From positions 13,102 to 77,101 of the forward strand of contig JAFTDE010000060.1 of the NCBI GenBank assembly GCA_017454335.1: a stretch of 64,000 nucleotides of DNA, given 5' to 3'. The notes under the pieces are model-generated. The model made no database searches. It saw nothing but the letters and a program-made list of their open reading frames with translations, and was not told the origin of the DNA. A program made the position numbers and the translations under genes. Numbering within the stretch: the first letter of the stretch is position 1; every line of letters begins with the position of its first letter. Source of the stretch: Bacteroidales bacterium. Lineage in GTDB: Bacteria > Bacteroidota > Bacteroidia > Bacteroidales > UBA932. Below, piece by piece: positions 48,664 through 58,696 of this stretch.

Positions 48664-49265
48664 TACAGGAGCGCGCGGATTTCAGCGTCGATCTCTTCCG
48701 GGGTGACCACCGGTTCGAAGCGGGCGACGACCCGGCCGTCGCGGTCCAGGAGGAATTTGGTGAAGTTCCACTTGATGTCCGGGTTGGATGCATAGTCCGG
48801 ATCGTTCCGGGCCAGCATGCCGTCCATGAATTTCCCGGTCTCGCTGTCTCCGAATCCGGCGAAAGGCTTCTCGCTGTACAGCCACTTGAAGATCTCGTTG
48901 GCGTTTTCGCCGTTCACGTCGGACTTGGCCATCAGCGGGAAGGTCACGCCGTGGTTCAGGCGGCAGAATTCCTCGATTTCCGCGTCGCTTCCGGGCTCCT
49001 GGTGACCGAACTGGTCGCAGGGAAAGCCGATGACGACGAATCCGTCCTTGCCGTATTTGTCATACAGGGCCTCCAGTCCGTCATATTGTGGCGTAAAACC
49101 GCATTTGGACGCGGTGTTGACGATCAGCATGACCTTGCCCTTGTACTGGGAGAAACGGACGGTTTCCCCCGAATTGGACTGGGCGGAGAAATCATAGATG
49201 GTGGGCGGGTTGTTCGTGCAGGCAATGGCGCACAGGGCGGCCAGCAGGATGAGGATCTTTTTCAT
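48663..49265 (-). CDS. Glutathione peroxidase family protein (Cys type) with lipoprotein signal
   Basis: VNTASKCGFTPQY, GFPCDQFGHQEP and IKWNFTKFL motifs; lipobox AIAC. Confidence 0.92.
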   Translation of the reverse strand: MKKILILLAALCAIACTNNPPTIYDFSAQSNSGETVRFSQYKGKVMLIVNTASKCGFTPQYDGLEALYDKYGKDGFVVIGFPCDQFGHQEPGSDAEIEEFCRLNHGVTFPLMAKSDVNGENANEIFKWLYSEKPFAGFGDSETGKFMDGMLARNDPDYASNPDIKWNFTKFLLDRDGRVVARFEPVVTPEEIDAEIRALL

Positions 49266-49291
49266 GGAATGAATAATTATAATTGTTGCCT

Positions 49292-50182
49292 TCAGTGTGC
49301 AAATGTACGAAAAACAGCAGAATCCGCATCCGGAACCGGCAGCATCGGATTCAGGCGCTCGAATGCCTGCCCGGGAAGGGCGGAATGGTAGGCCATGTCA
49401 TAAACATAGGGGACTTTGACGGCGTAATAGGGGAGCAGCCGCCGGGTATAGTCGGCGACAGTCTGGGAATCACCGGTCCCCAGGTAGGCCGCGATGAAGC
49501 AGTCCCAGTGGGCGGTCAGGACCTCGGGCGTCACGTGGAAGAGGTTCCCGGCCCGCTCCCGGTCCAGGTTGTGGCTCATGGAGAACAGCACGCCCAGATC
49601 CCACTCCGGGACACCGTAGCTGAATTCCCCCACATCAATCCAGCGGACCTTCCGTCCGTCGGTGATGATGTTGCCGATGTGAAGGTCGCCATGCAGGCAG
49701 GTAGTGGCATCCGGGGCTGTCTCCAGAAAGGCCAGGGCGCGGCGCTTGTATTCTTCGGGAACCAGGTCCTTCTGCGTGTAGAAATCCGCCAGGACCTGCT
49801 TGTAGGGACGAAGACGGGCCGTGTCCGCCTGGCGTGTGTGAAGGAGGCGGGCCTGCCGGGCGAATTCCAGGGAGATCTCTTCCAGCCGCGCGGGTTCGTC
49901 GGAGATGATGCGTGCGAAGGACCGCTTGCCGGGAATCAGTTCGTATTCCGCCCCGAAGCGCTCGCCGTCCGTAATCAGGCGGATGGGTTCCGGAGTCGGG
50001 ACGCCCAGTTCGAAGACGATGCGCGCCGTACGGAATTCCGCAGCGGCCCGATCGGCCTCAAAACCGGGATTGTACAGTTTAGCCAGCGCCGGACGGGTCT
50101 TGTGCGTATAGGAAACCGCGGTTCCACCCTCGCCGCTGCAGGTATATTCGCTGAGATCAATTTTTTCGTACTGTACTTCCAT
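49292..50182 (-). CDS. Aminoglycoside-phosphotransferase-fold kinase (TIGR02172-like)
   Basis: GEGG loop, AKLY, CLHGDLHIGNI and WIDVGEF motifs; start placed at 50182. Confidence 0.75.
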   Translation of the reverse strand: MEVQYEKIDLSEYTCSGEGGTAVSYTHKTRPALAKLYNPGFEADRAAAEFRTARIVFELGVPTPEPIRLITDGERFGAEYELIPGKRSFARIISDEPARLEEISLEFARQARLLHTRQADTARLRPYKQVLADFYTQKDLVPEEYKRRALAFLETAPDATTCLHGDLHIGNIITDGRKVRWIDVGEFSYGVPEWDLGVLFSMSHNLDRERAGNLFHVTPEVLTAHWDCFIAAYLGTGDSQTVADYTRRLLPYYAVKVPYVYDMAYHSALPGQAFERLNPMLPVPDADSAVFRTFAH

Positions 50183-50295
50183 GTGAGGCTTTTCTGTCTT
50201 ATATTTGTAGATGCAAAGATAGAGATATTTGCGGATCCACAAAAAACATCGCTTGCGATATAAAATTTAATTTCTATTAAAATAATTCGGGACTT

Positions 50296-51525
50296 ATGGT
50301 GAAAACGGACAGGAAACAACTCTTCTGGTGGATCGGGGCGCTGGTGCTGGGCACCGTGCTGGGCCTGCTGCATCTGGACTGGGTGGACGGGATCTGCGCG
50401 TTCATCGCAACCGTCTACACCCGGCTGTTCCAGTTCCTGGCCGTCCCTACGGTGGCCCTGGCCATCACGACCACCCTGATTTCCTTCGGGAAGCAGCGCA
50501 GCACCCGGAAGATCTTCGGCCATACGATCACCTACACCCTGCTGACGACGCTGGTGGCGGCCCTTGTCGGGATGGGGATGTATTTCCTCATCGCCCCGCA
50601 GAACATCCCCGCAGACGTCCTGGGAACGGCGACGACGGCCCAGGAGGGCGGTCTGAGTTTCCGGGACCATGTCATTTCGGTGATTCCGAACAATGTGGTC
50701 CAGCCCCTCCTTTCCGGGAACGTCCTGTCCATCCTGCTGATCGCCATTGCGATGGGGCTGGCCCTGGCGTATATGAAGGAAAGTGAACGGAAGGCTGTAC
50801 TCGTCAAGGGCATCGAGGGGCTTCAGGAGTTGTTCTTCACCCTCATCAAGGCCCTGATCTGGACGCTGCCCCTGGGCATCACGGCCTTCTCCGCGCAGCT
50901 CTCGGCCCTGCTTGCAGGGGGCATCATCCTGGGATCGCTGGGGAAATACACGGCGGTCATCCTATTGGGGAACATGATCCAGTTTTTCGTCGTCCTGCCG
51001 GTATTCCTGATAATCAGGGGGATCAATCCGATGAAAGTTTTCAGGGCCATGAGTCCGGCGGTGGTGATGGCCCTGTTCACCAAGAGTTCCGCCGCCACCC
51101 TGCCCGTGACGCTCTCCTCCGCCGAAGACCGGCTGGGCGTCGATCCGAAGGTATCGCGATTCGTCCTTCCCATCTGCACGACCGTCAACATGAACGGATG
51201 TGCGGCGTTCATCCTGGTCAGTTCGCTGTATGTGATGCAGAACGGCGGAATGGCGCTGGGGATTGGAACGGTCCTCCTGTGGGTACTCGTTTCCGTCATC
51301 TCGGCCGTGGGGAATGCGGGCGTTCCCATGGGCTGTTTCTTCCTGACCGTCTCCCTGATGACCGGAATCGGGGCGCCGGTCGAGGTCATGGGACTGATCC
51401 TGCCCATCTACACCATCATCGACATGGTGGAAACCGCCGAAAACGTCTGGTCGGATTCCTGCGTCTGCGCCATGACGGACAAAGACATGAAAATAGACAA
51501 AACATTATCCGAAGAAAACATATGA
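50296..51525 (+). CDS. Dicarboxylate/amino acid:cation symporter
   Basis: IPNN, TKSSAATLP, TTVNMNG, GNAGVP and DMVETAENV motifs. Confidence 0.92.
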   Translation: MVKTDRKQLFWWIGALVLGTVLGLLHLDWVDGICAFIATVYTRLFQFLAVPTVALAITTTLISFGKQRSTRKIFGHTITYTLLTTLVAALVGMGMYFLIAPQNIPADVLGTATTAQEGGLSFRDHVISVIPNNVVQPLLSGNVLSILLIAIAMGLALAYMKESERKAVLVKGIEGLQELFFTLIKALIWTLPLGITAFSAQLSALLAGGIILGSLGKYTAVILLGNMIQFFVVLPVFLIIRGINPMKVFRAMSPAVVMALFTKSSAATLPVTLSSAEDRLGVDPKVSRFVLPICTTVNMNGCAAFILVSSLYVMQNGGMALGIGTVLLWVLVSVISAVGNAGVPMGCFFLTVSLMTGIGAPVEVMGLILPIYTIIDMVETAENVWSDSCVCAMTDKDMKIDKTLSEENI

Positions 51526-52568
51526 AAAGAATCACATTCTTTCTCGCCGCCCTCGTCGTTGCGGCGTGCGGAACCAATCATTCAACAGTCAAGGACGGCA
51601 ACAAATACGTTCCCTACGACCAGCGGGACGGGGAAGAGGCCGTCGTCTATTTCACGCGGAACCTGTCTGCCGAAGGACTCATCGCGGCGTATGAGCAGGT
51701 GAACGGGGAAATCTCCGGCCGGGTGGGCGTCAAGCTGCACACGGGCGAGCAGAACGGTCCCAACATCATCCCCCGCGAGTGGGTGAAGGCCCTGCTGGAG
51801 AAGGATCTCCCGGAGGCAACCATCATCGAAACCAATACCTACTATGACGGAGACCGCTATACGACCGATCTGCACCGCAAGACCCTGGAAGTGAACGGAT
51901 GGACCTTCAGCCCGGTGGATATCATGGACGAGGAAGGGACGGTCAACCTGCCCGTGAAAGGCGGCAAGTGGTTCAAGGAGATGTCGGTGGGCAGCCACCT
52001 GCTCAACTACGATTCCATGGTGACGCTGACCCATTTCAAGGGACACACCCAGGGCGGATTCGGCGGATCCAACAAGAACATCGGCATCGGCTGCGCCGAC
52101 GGCCGCATCGGCAAGGCCTGGATCCATACGACCCCCGGCCAGCCGAATCAGTGGGACATCGCTGAAGAAGAGTTCATGGAAAGGATGACCGAGTCCACCA
52201 AGGCCACCATCGACCATTTCGGCAAGCAGGTGACCTATGTCAACGTCATGCGCAACATGTCCGTCTCCTGCGACTGTGAAGGCCTCGCGGCTGCGCCCGT
52301 GGTCACACCCAATGTCGGCATCCTCTCTTCGACGGATCTGCTGGCGGTGGACCAGGCCTGCGTGGACATCGTCTATGCCATGACCGCCGAGGAGCACCAC
52401 GACCTCGTGGAGCGCATCGAGACCCGTCACGGACTCCGCCAGCTCTCTTACATGAAGGAGCTCGGGATGGGCCACGACCGCTATATCCTCATCGACCTGG
52501 ACAACGGCGGCAAGCGGATCACCGCGGCCGACGCGGCCAAGGGGCTGAAGCCTTTCGTGCAGGAGTAG
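51522..52568 (+). CDS. DUF362 domain lipoprotein
   Basis: Lipobox VAAC; KLHTGE, THFKGH..GGFGGSNKN.GIGCA, SCDC and DLLAVDQA motifs. Confidence 0.82.
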   Translation: MKRITFFLAALVVAACGTNHSTVKDGNKYVPYDQRDGEEAVVYFTRNLSAEGLIAAYEQVNGEISGRVGVKLHTGEQNGPNIIPREWVKALLEKDLPEATIIETNTYYDGDRYTTDLHRKTLEVNGWTFSPVDIMDEEGTVNLPVKGGKWFKEMSVGSHLLNYDSMVTLTHFKGHTQGGFGGSNKNIGIGCADGRIGKAWIHTTPGQPNQWDIAEEEFMERMTESTKATIDHFGKQVTYVNVMRNMSVSCDCEGLAAAPVVTPNVGILSSTDLLAVDQACVDIVYAMTAEEHHDLVERIETRHGLRQLSYMKELGMGHDRYILIDLDNGGKRITAADAAKGLKPFVQE

Positions 52569-52575
52569 CGCTTGA

Positions 52576-53892
52576 ATGAAAAAACTGCCGAATACCTATG
52601 TCATCATCGCGGCACTGATCGTGCTGTGCGCCGTCCTGACCTGGTTCCTGCCGGGCGGGCAGTATGTCACGGCCGAAGACGGGACGCTCAGCTATGAGCA
52701 GGTGGACGCCGTTCCGCAGACCTGGCAGGTGTTTTCGGCCATCTACAACGGCTTCGTCAAGCAGGCCGGGATCATCGTTTTCATCCTGGTCGTGGGCGGG
52801 GCCTTCTGGCTGCTCAATGCCACCGGCGCAGTGGATGCGGGCATACGCCGCTTCATCGCAGGAATCGGCAGCAGGGACAAGCTGGTCCTTGTCGCGCTGA
52901 CCGTGCTGTTCTCGCTCTGCGGGGCGGTATTCGGCATGAGCGAAGAGACGATTCCCTTCGTGGGCATCGTCGTGCCGCTGGCCGTCTCCCTGGGTTACGA
53001 TGCCATCATGGGACTGCTGGTAGTTTACGTGGCCTCCAACATCGGTTTTTCCAGCGCATTCCTGAATCCGTTCACTGTCGGCATCGCCCAGGGAATGGCT
53101 GATCTTCCGCTCTTCTCCGGGATGGGGTACCGCATCTTCTGCTGGGCCCTGCTGACCGTCCTGCTCTGCGTATTCGTCGTGCTGTATGCCCGGAAGAGCC
53201 GGAAAGAAGTACTGGAAAGGAACGCGCAGGAGGCCGCACCGTTGACGGCCAGGCAGAAATGGATCCTCGTCGTGTTGCTGCTGACCGTGGTCGCCCTCAT
53301 CGTCGGGGTGACCTGCTGGGACTGGTACATGAGCGAAATCACCGGTCTCTTCCTCGGGATGGGCATCCTGGCGGGGGTGATTGCCGGTTTTCCGGCGAAC
53401 CGCATCGCCGACGAACTGATCGCCGGGGCGAAAGACATCCTGTCGGCCGCCCTGGTGGTGGGGTTCGCGTCGGGAATCATCGTCATCCTGCAGGACGGAA
53501 AAGTCGTCGACAGCATCCTCCATGCCATGCAGAACGGCTTGGACGGGACAGGGGAGGCCCTTTCCCTGACGGCCATGTACGGCATCCAGGCAGTAATCAA
53601 TTTCCTCATTCCGAGCGCCACGGCGAAGGCGGCGATCACGATTCCGATCATGGCGCCGTTTTCGGATCTCGTAGGCGTTTCCCGGCAGGCCATGGTTCTC
53701 GCGTTCCAGTTCGGGGACGGGTTCACCAACATGGTCACCCCGACTTCCGGGGTCCTGATGGCCGCGCTGGCCATGGCCCGGGTCCCGTATGCGAAATGGC
53801 TCCGCTGGATCTGGAAGATGGTGGCGGTCCTGCTGGTCCTGGGACTGTTGCTGCTGTTGCCGACGCTCTTCTTTCCGCTTTCCGGATTTTAA
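52576..53892 (+). CDS. YfcC/DcuC-like membrane transporter
   Basis: FGMSEET, NPFTVGIAQ and AFQFGDGFTN..TPTSG motifs. Confidence 0.87.
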   Translation: MKKLPNTYVIIAALIVLCAVLTWFLPGGQYVTAEDGTLSYEQVDAVPQTWQVFSAIYNGFVKQAGIIVFILVVGGAFWLLNATGAVDAGIRRFIAGIGSRDKLVLVALTVLFSLCGAVFGMSEETIPFVGIVVPLAVSLGYDAIMGLLVVYVASNIGFSSAFLNPFTVGIAQGMADLPLFSGMGYRIFCWALLTVLLCVFVVLYARKSRKEVLERNAQEAAPLTARQKWILVVLLLTVVALIVGVTCWDWYMSEITGLFLGMGILAGVIAGFPANRIADELIAGAKDILSAALVVGFASGIIVILQDGKVVDSILHAMQNGLDGTGEALSLTAMYGIQAVINFLIPSATAKAAITIPIMAPFSDLVGVSRQAMVLAFQFGDGFTNMVTPTSGVLMAALAMARVPYAKWLRWIWKMVAVLLVLGLLLLLPTLFFPLSGF

Positions 53893-53906
53893 AACTAGTG
53901 CTCCAT

Positions 53907-54236
53907 ATGGACAAGAAAGGTCTCACCAAGAAACAATTCATCCTGCAGACGGCCTCCAGCTACATTACGCTGCTGATGGGCGTCTTTTATCTCGTTACCG
54001 GACTTCAGGAGAAGAAACCGGGCATGTGGATCCCCGGGATCGTCCTGATCGCGATCTGCCTGGGACTTTTCCTGACGCTGTTCATCCAGTGGCGACGCCA
54101 TCCGGTGGTGGACGAAGAACTGGACCGGAAACTGATGCGGAATTTCAAGGAGGGGATGAAAGGAAGCGCGATCGTCTTCGGGATCATCGTGCTCGGATTC
54201 CTCCTGGCCATCGGCCTGGCTCTCCTGCTGACGTAA
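53907..54236 (+). CDS. Small hypothetical membrane protein (3 TM)
   Basis: MDKKGLTKKQF..., hydrophobic helices, follows the transporter in the same direction. Confidence 0.65.
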   Translation: MDKKGLTKKQFILQTASSYITLLMGVFYLVTGLQEKKPGMWIPGIVLIAICLGLFLTLFIQWRRHPVVDEELDRKLMRNFKEGMKGSAIVFGIIVLGFLLAIGLALLLT

Positions 54237-54243
54237 TGCCGCC

Positions 54244-55167
54244 TTATGCGGCTGCTTCTCCGCTGCAGGCCAGGTAGGACAGGATATCGTTCCACACCTC
54301 CTGGTGGGCGGTCTCGTTGTGGATTTCGTGGCGCAGCCCAGGATAGATCTTCAGGGAAACTTGCTTGTATCCCCGGTCCTTCATTGCCTGGACAGCCTTG
54401 CCCAGGGCCTTGTCATCCACCCGGCAGGGATCTTCGCCGCCGGAAATGAAATGCACGGGCAACGCGGGACTGAGAGCCTTCCAATCCGTGGAATAACAAT
54501 CCTTCATCAGGAGCAGCAGGTTCAGGAAGCCATCGGCCGTGAAAATGTACTGGCACAGGGGATCGGCGTGGTAGGCCTTCAGGATTTCCGGGTCCGAGCA
54601 TACCCACGCGGAGGCCCAGCCTTCATTTTCAAAGGGTTTGTTGTAAGCCCCGAAGGACATTTTCTGCAGGATGGACGGCCTGTGGTGCCAACCCTTGATC
54701 CGTCCGATCATTTTCGCGAGCAGGATGCCGGCGCCCTTGGCGGGGTTGTCCGAGGGGCATCCACATACGATCAGGCTGTCGATCAGGCTGTCATAGCGTT
54801 TGGCATAGGAGCGGACCACCATGGAACCCATGCTGTGCCCGAACAGGGTCAGGGGAATGCCCGGCCACCGGTCTTTGGCCCACAGCGTGACGGCCCGGAG
54901 GTCTTCGACCAGGGCCAGCCATCCGTCCTTTCCCATGTACCCCAGGTCCTCCGCACATTTCACGGAAGCGCCATGCCCTCGGTGGTCGTTACATACGACG
55001 GCGAAACCGTTCCGGCAGAGGAACTCCATGAGCGGGATATACCTCTCCTTGTGCTCGCACATTCCGTGTGCGATCTGGACGATGCCTCTGGGTGCAGCGG
55101 CAGGTTCGGCGTAAATGAAGGACAGTTTCAGTCCGTCTACGGGGGAAATGATGGTGTCAGCGTTCAT
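54244..55167 (-). CDS. Alpha/beta hydrolase (lysophospholipase/monoglyceride lipase-like)
   Basis: HGMCEH..RY, DHRGHG, GHSMG and RHEIHNE motifs. Confidence 0.9.
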   Translation of the reverse strand: MNADTIISPVDGLKLSFIYAEPAAAPRGIVQIAHGMCEHKERYIPLMEFLCRNGFAVVCNDHRGHGASVKCAEDLGYMGKDGWLALVEDLRAVTLWAKDRWPGIPLTLFGHSMGSMVVRSYAKRYDSLIDSLIVCGCPSDNPAKGAGILLAKMIGRIKGWHHRPSILQKMSFGAYNKPFENEGWASAWVCSDPEILKAYHADPLCQYIFTADGFLNLLLLMKDCYSTDWKALSPALPVHFISGGEDPCRVDDKALGKAVQAMKDRGYKQVSLKIYPGLRHEIHNETAHQEVWNDILSYLACSGEAAA

Positions 55168-55234
55168 ACGTGATTCATTTTGTGCTGGTCAAAGATAGTA
55201 TTTTTTGTTAATTTTGTGATATGATCCACTGAAT

Positions 55235-56539
55235 ATGAAACAGATGAAAAGCATTTTGAGCGCAGCATTGCTCTTCGTTGCCGCCCTGGCCGCTTATTCC
55301 CAGGGAAGGACCCCGGACAAGCCGCTCCCGAAGTGGGAGGGACTGGCCGATACGCCCCAGATGGGCTGGAGTTCCTGGAACAAGTTCCAGACGAACATCC
55401 ATGAAGACCTGATCAAGGACATCGCCGACAAGATGGTCGAGTACGGACTCGTCGAAGCGGGATATGTCTATCTCAATCTCGACGACGGCTGGCACGGGGA
55501 ACGCGATGCGCAGGGTTTCATCCACGAGGATCCCGTGAAATTCCCGTCCGGAATGAAGAACCTGGCCGATTATCTCCATGCCAGGGGGCTCAAACTTGGC
55601 ATTTACAGCGACGCCGGCACGAACACCTGCGCCTGCTATGCCGGCAGCCTGGGCCATGAGTACCAGGATGCGCTCACATACGCCCACTGGGGGGTCGACT
55701 ACCTGAAGTACGACTGGTGCTATACGGACAACATCAATCCCAAAGGCGCCTATGCCCTCATGCGGAACGCCCTCCGCGCTGCAGGACGGCCCATCTTTTT
55801 CAGCATGTGCGAATGGGGCAGTTCCCGGCCGTGGGAGTGGGCCGCGGAGGTCGGTCACTCCTGGCGTACCACCGGGGACATCGGCATCAGTTTCCTGCCC
55901 GTTCCCCAACGCTTCGGCCCGGATGGCCGCCCCCTGTGGAGGGCCCTGGGCGTCCTGGAGATCGTGGAAATGAATGAGCCCCTGCGCAAGTACGCCGGTC
56001 CCGGACACTGGAACGATCCGGACATGCTGGAAGTCGGCAACGGCATGCTGGTCAGCGAGGACCGCGCCCACTTCACCCTCTGGTGCATGATGGCGGCTCC
56101 GCTGATCCTCGGCAACGACATCACCGACATGAGCCCCGAAACCCTGGCCATCATCACCAACCGAGAGATGATCGCGGTGGATCAGGATCCCCTGGGCATC
56201 CAGGGGCTGCGCCTGAAGAAGGAGGGAGAGCTGCAGTACTGGTTCAAACCGCTGGTGGACGGGGGCTGGGCCTTCTGCATTCTCAACGCCGGAGACACGG
56301 CCGTGACGGTCCCCGTGGACTGGAGCGCGTTGGAGGTGGAAGACGAGATCAGCGGCTGCTCCACTTCCTTCGGATCCGTGAATTATACCGTCCGCGACAT
56401 CTGGAACCCCTCCGCCAAGTCCTTCACGACGCTTGTGAAGGGCAGGGGAAAGCAGCGGGGACAGATGGTCCCGGCCGCCGCCCAAGTAAGCGTCGCCCCG
56501 CATGACGTCGCCGCATTCCGCCTGACGCCCGCAAAGTGA
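55235..56539 (+). CDS. GH27 alpha-galactosidase-like enzyme
   Basis: TPQMGWSSWN, LNLDDGW, DYLKYDWC, WRTTGDI and WNDPDMLEVG motifs. Confidence 0.93.
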   Translation: MKQMKSILSAALLFVAALAAYSQGRTPDKPLPKWEGLADTPQMGWSSWNKFQTNIHEDLIKDIADKMVEYGLVEAGYVYLNLDDGWHGERDAQGFIHEDPVKFPSGMKNLADYLHARGLKLGIYSDAGTNTCACYAGSLGHEYQDALTYAHWGVDYLKYDWCYTDNINPKGAYALMRNALRAAGRPIFFSMCEWGSSRPWEWAAEVGHSWRTTGDIGISFLPVPQRFGPDGRPLWRALGVLEIVEMNEPLRKYAGPGHWNDPDMLEVGNGMLVSEDRAHFTLWCMMAAPLILGNDITDMSPETLAIITNREMIAVDQDPLGIQGLRLKKEGELQYWFKPLVDGGWAFCILNAGDTAVTVPVDWSALEVEDEISGCSTSFGSVNYTVRDIWNPSAKSFTTLVKGRGKQRGQMVPAAAQVSVAPHDVAAFRLTPAK

Positions 56540-56559
56540 AACCCTTTTGCCTGCATACC

Positions 56560-57918
56560 ATGAAACGCAAAACCATCGCCGTCCTGCTCGTCGCAGCCTG
56601 TGCCTCATCGGCCAATCTGTATGCCCAGAATCCCATCATCCGGGACAACTTCAGCGCGGATCCTTCCGCCCATGTATTCGAAGGCCGGGTCTATGTGTAT
56701 CCGTCACATGACATCCCTGCGCCCCCGGATTATGCCCGCAAGGACTGGTTCTGCATGGCTGACTATCATGTTTATTCCTCCGACAACCTGGTGGACTGGG
56801 TGGACCACGGCGTCATCGTGGACCAGTGGAGCGTTCCCTGGGTGAACGCCTCCGGTTACAGCATGTGGGCGCCTGACTGCAATTACCACAACGGCAAGTA
56901 CTATTTCTATTTCCCGGCGCCCCAGAAGCCGGCTCCCGGCGCACGCTTTGCCGGGAACGGCATCGGCGTGGCCATCTCCGATACGCCCTACGGACCCTTC
57001 GTGCCCGAAGAGAAGCCCATCCAGGGCATCGGCGGGATCGATCCCTGCATCTTCATCGATGACGACGGTACGCCGTACCTGGCCTGGTCCGGCCGCGGCC
57101 TGCAGGTGGCGCGCCTCAAGGACAACATGCTGGAACTTGACTCGGAACCGGTGACGATCACCGGCATACCCCGCGGGCAGACCGAAGGGCCCTTCCTGTT
57201 CAAGCGCAACGGCAAATACTATTACACCTTCCCCTGGGTCGAGGACGCGCGCGAAACCCTGGCTTACTGCATGGGCGACAATCCGCTGGGTCCTTACACC
57301 TTCATGGGCAAGTTCATGGAGCAGTCCGAGACCATCTGCTGGACCAACCACCACTCTTTCATCGAACTGGACGGGCAGTGGTATCTGTTCTACCACCACA
57401 ACGACTATTCGCCGTATTTCGACAAGAACAGGTCCGTCTGCATCGATTACCTGTATTTCAATCCGGACGGGACCATCGTTCCGGTGACGCCCACCCTCCG
57501 CGGTGTAGGTATCACGAAGGCGACTTCCCTCATCCAGATCGACCGTTATTCCGACAAGTCGGACAAATACGTCGCCGTGGATTTCCTGCATTCGGATTCC
57601 ACGTTCGACGGCTGGAAGGCCATCCTCTGGAACACCACGCAGGAGCGGGAGCCCCGCTGGATCAGCTACGACCGGGTGGATTTCCAGGACGGAATCAAGG
57701 ACGCCACGATCCGTATCCATTCCCTGGCCGGCGGCAGGATTGAACTCCGCGCCGATGCCGTCGACGGACCGGTCATCGCGTCCTTCGACGTCCCCGGCAG
57801 TCCTGTCTGGGCGGAACGTTCGGTGCAGGTTGAAAACAGCCTCAAGGGCGTTCACAAGTTGTTTCTCCTGATGACGAACGGCAACCATGTCGAGGTCGAC
57901 TGGGTCAATTTCAAATGA
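56560..57918 (+). CDS. GH43 glycoside hydrolase with C-terminal CBM6-like module
   Basis: ADPSA, WAPD, IDP, EGP and TNHHS motifs; C-terminal IELRAD..G..I..GVHKL..VDWVNF. Confidence 0.9.
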   Translation: MKRKTIAVLLVAACASSANLYAQNPIIRDNFSADPSAHVFEGRVYVYPSHDIPAPPDYARKDWFCMADYHVYSSDNLVDWVDHGVIVDQWSVPWVNASGYSMWAPDCNYHNGKYYFYFPAPQKPAPGARFAGNGIGVAISDTPYGPFVPEEKPIQGIGGIDPCIFIDDDGTPYLAWSGRGLQVARLKDNMLELDSEPVTITGIPRGQTEGPFLFKRNGKYYYTFPWVEDARETLAYCMGDNPLGPYTFMGKFMEQSETICWTNHHSFIELDGQWYLFYHHNDYSPYFDKNRSVCIDYLYFNPDGTIVPVTPTLRGVGITKATSLIQIDRYSDKSDKYVAVDFLHSDSTFDGWKAILWNTTQEREPRWISYDRVDFQDGIKDATIRIHSLAGGRIELRADAVDGPVIASFDVPGSPVWAERSVQVENSLKGVHKLFLLMTNGNHVEVDWVNFK

Positions 57919-58688
57919 TCATGACGGATTCTGTATTGACGGCATTGATGGTTCCGTTCCTGGGGACAGCCCTGGGATCGGCCTTCGTGTTTTTCATGAA
58001 GCGGGATATGCCGGAGCTGCTTCAGAAAGTCTTGCTGGGCTTTGCCTCCGGCGTCATGGTGGCGGCATCTGTCTGGTCGCTCATCATTCCGGCCATCGGG
58101 ATGGGGGAGGGCGTGGCGGCGGTCGTCCCGCCGGCCGTCGGCCTGCTGGCCGGATTCGCCTTCCTGCTGGTGATCGACTACATCACGCCTCATCTTCATG
58201 TCAACGGTGAGGCCGAAGGCCCGAAGAGCCGCCTTTCCCGCACGGCGAAGCTAGCCCTGGCCGTCACCATCCATAATTTCCCGGAAGGAATGGCCGTGGG
58301 CGTCGCCATTGCCGGCGCCCTGACAGCCGATTTCAACATAGCCGGGGCACTTGCCCTGTCCCTGGGTATCGCCATCCAGAATGTCCCGGAAGGAGCCATC
58401 ATCTCCATGCCGCTGCGTGCGGAAGGGAACTCCCGTTGGAAGGCCTTCGGTATCGGCGCCCTGAGCGGGATTGTCGAGCCCATCGGCGGAGCGCTCGTGC
58501 TGCTCCTGGCGACCTCCATCCTGGGTATCATGCCCTACATGCTGGCTTTCGCGGCGGGCGCGATGCTCTATGTCGTGGTGGAAGAACTGGTTCCCGAATA
58601 CTCGCAAGGGAAACACTCCAATATCGGAACCATCGGATTTGCCCTGGGCTTCGTCCTGATGATGGTGCTCGATGTGGTATTGGGCTAG
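57915..58688 (+). CDS. ZIP family metal transporter
   Basis: GFASGVM, HLH, HNFPEGMAVG, QNVPEG and EELVPE motifs. Confidence 0.92.
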   Translation: MIMTDSVLTALMVPFLGTALGSAFVFFMKRDMPELLQKVLLGFASGVMVAASVWSLIIPAIGMGEGVAAVVPPAVGLLAGFAFLLVIDYITPHLHVNGEAEGPKSRLSRTAKLALAVTIHNFPEGMAVGVAIAGALTADFNIAGALALSLGIAIQNVPEGAIISMPLRAEGNSRWKAFGIGALSGIVEPIGGALVLLLATSILGIMPYMLAFAAGAMLYVVVEELVPEYSQGKHSNIGTIGFALGFVLMMVLDVVLG

Positions 58689-58696
58689 AAGCCAGG

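Noticed and set aside
48655-49265. Selenocysteine or stop readthrough in the peroxidase
   Set aside because: The active site is a Cys codon; the TGA codons follow a TAA stop, and the downstream frame is better explained as a gene remnant.
49292-50182. Aminoglycoside resistance gene
   Set aside because: Only the fold motifs are shared; no mobile context or recognisable APH identity.
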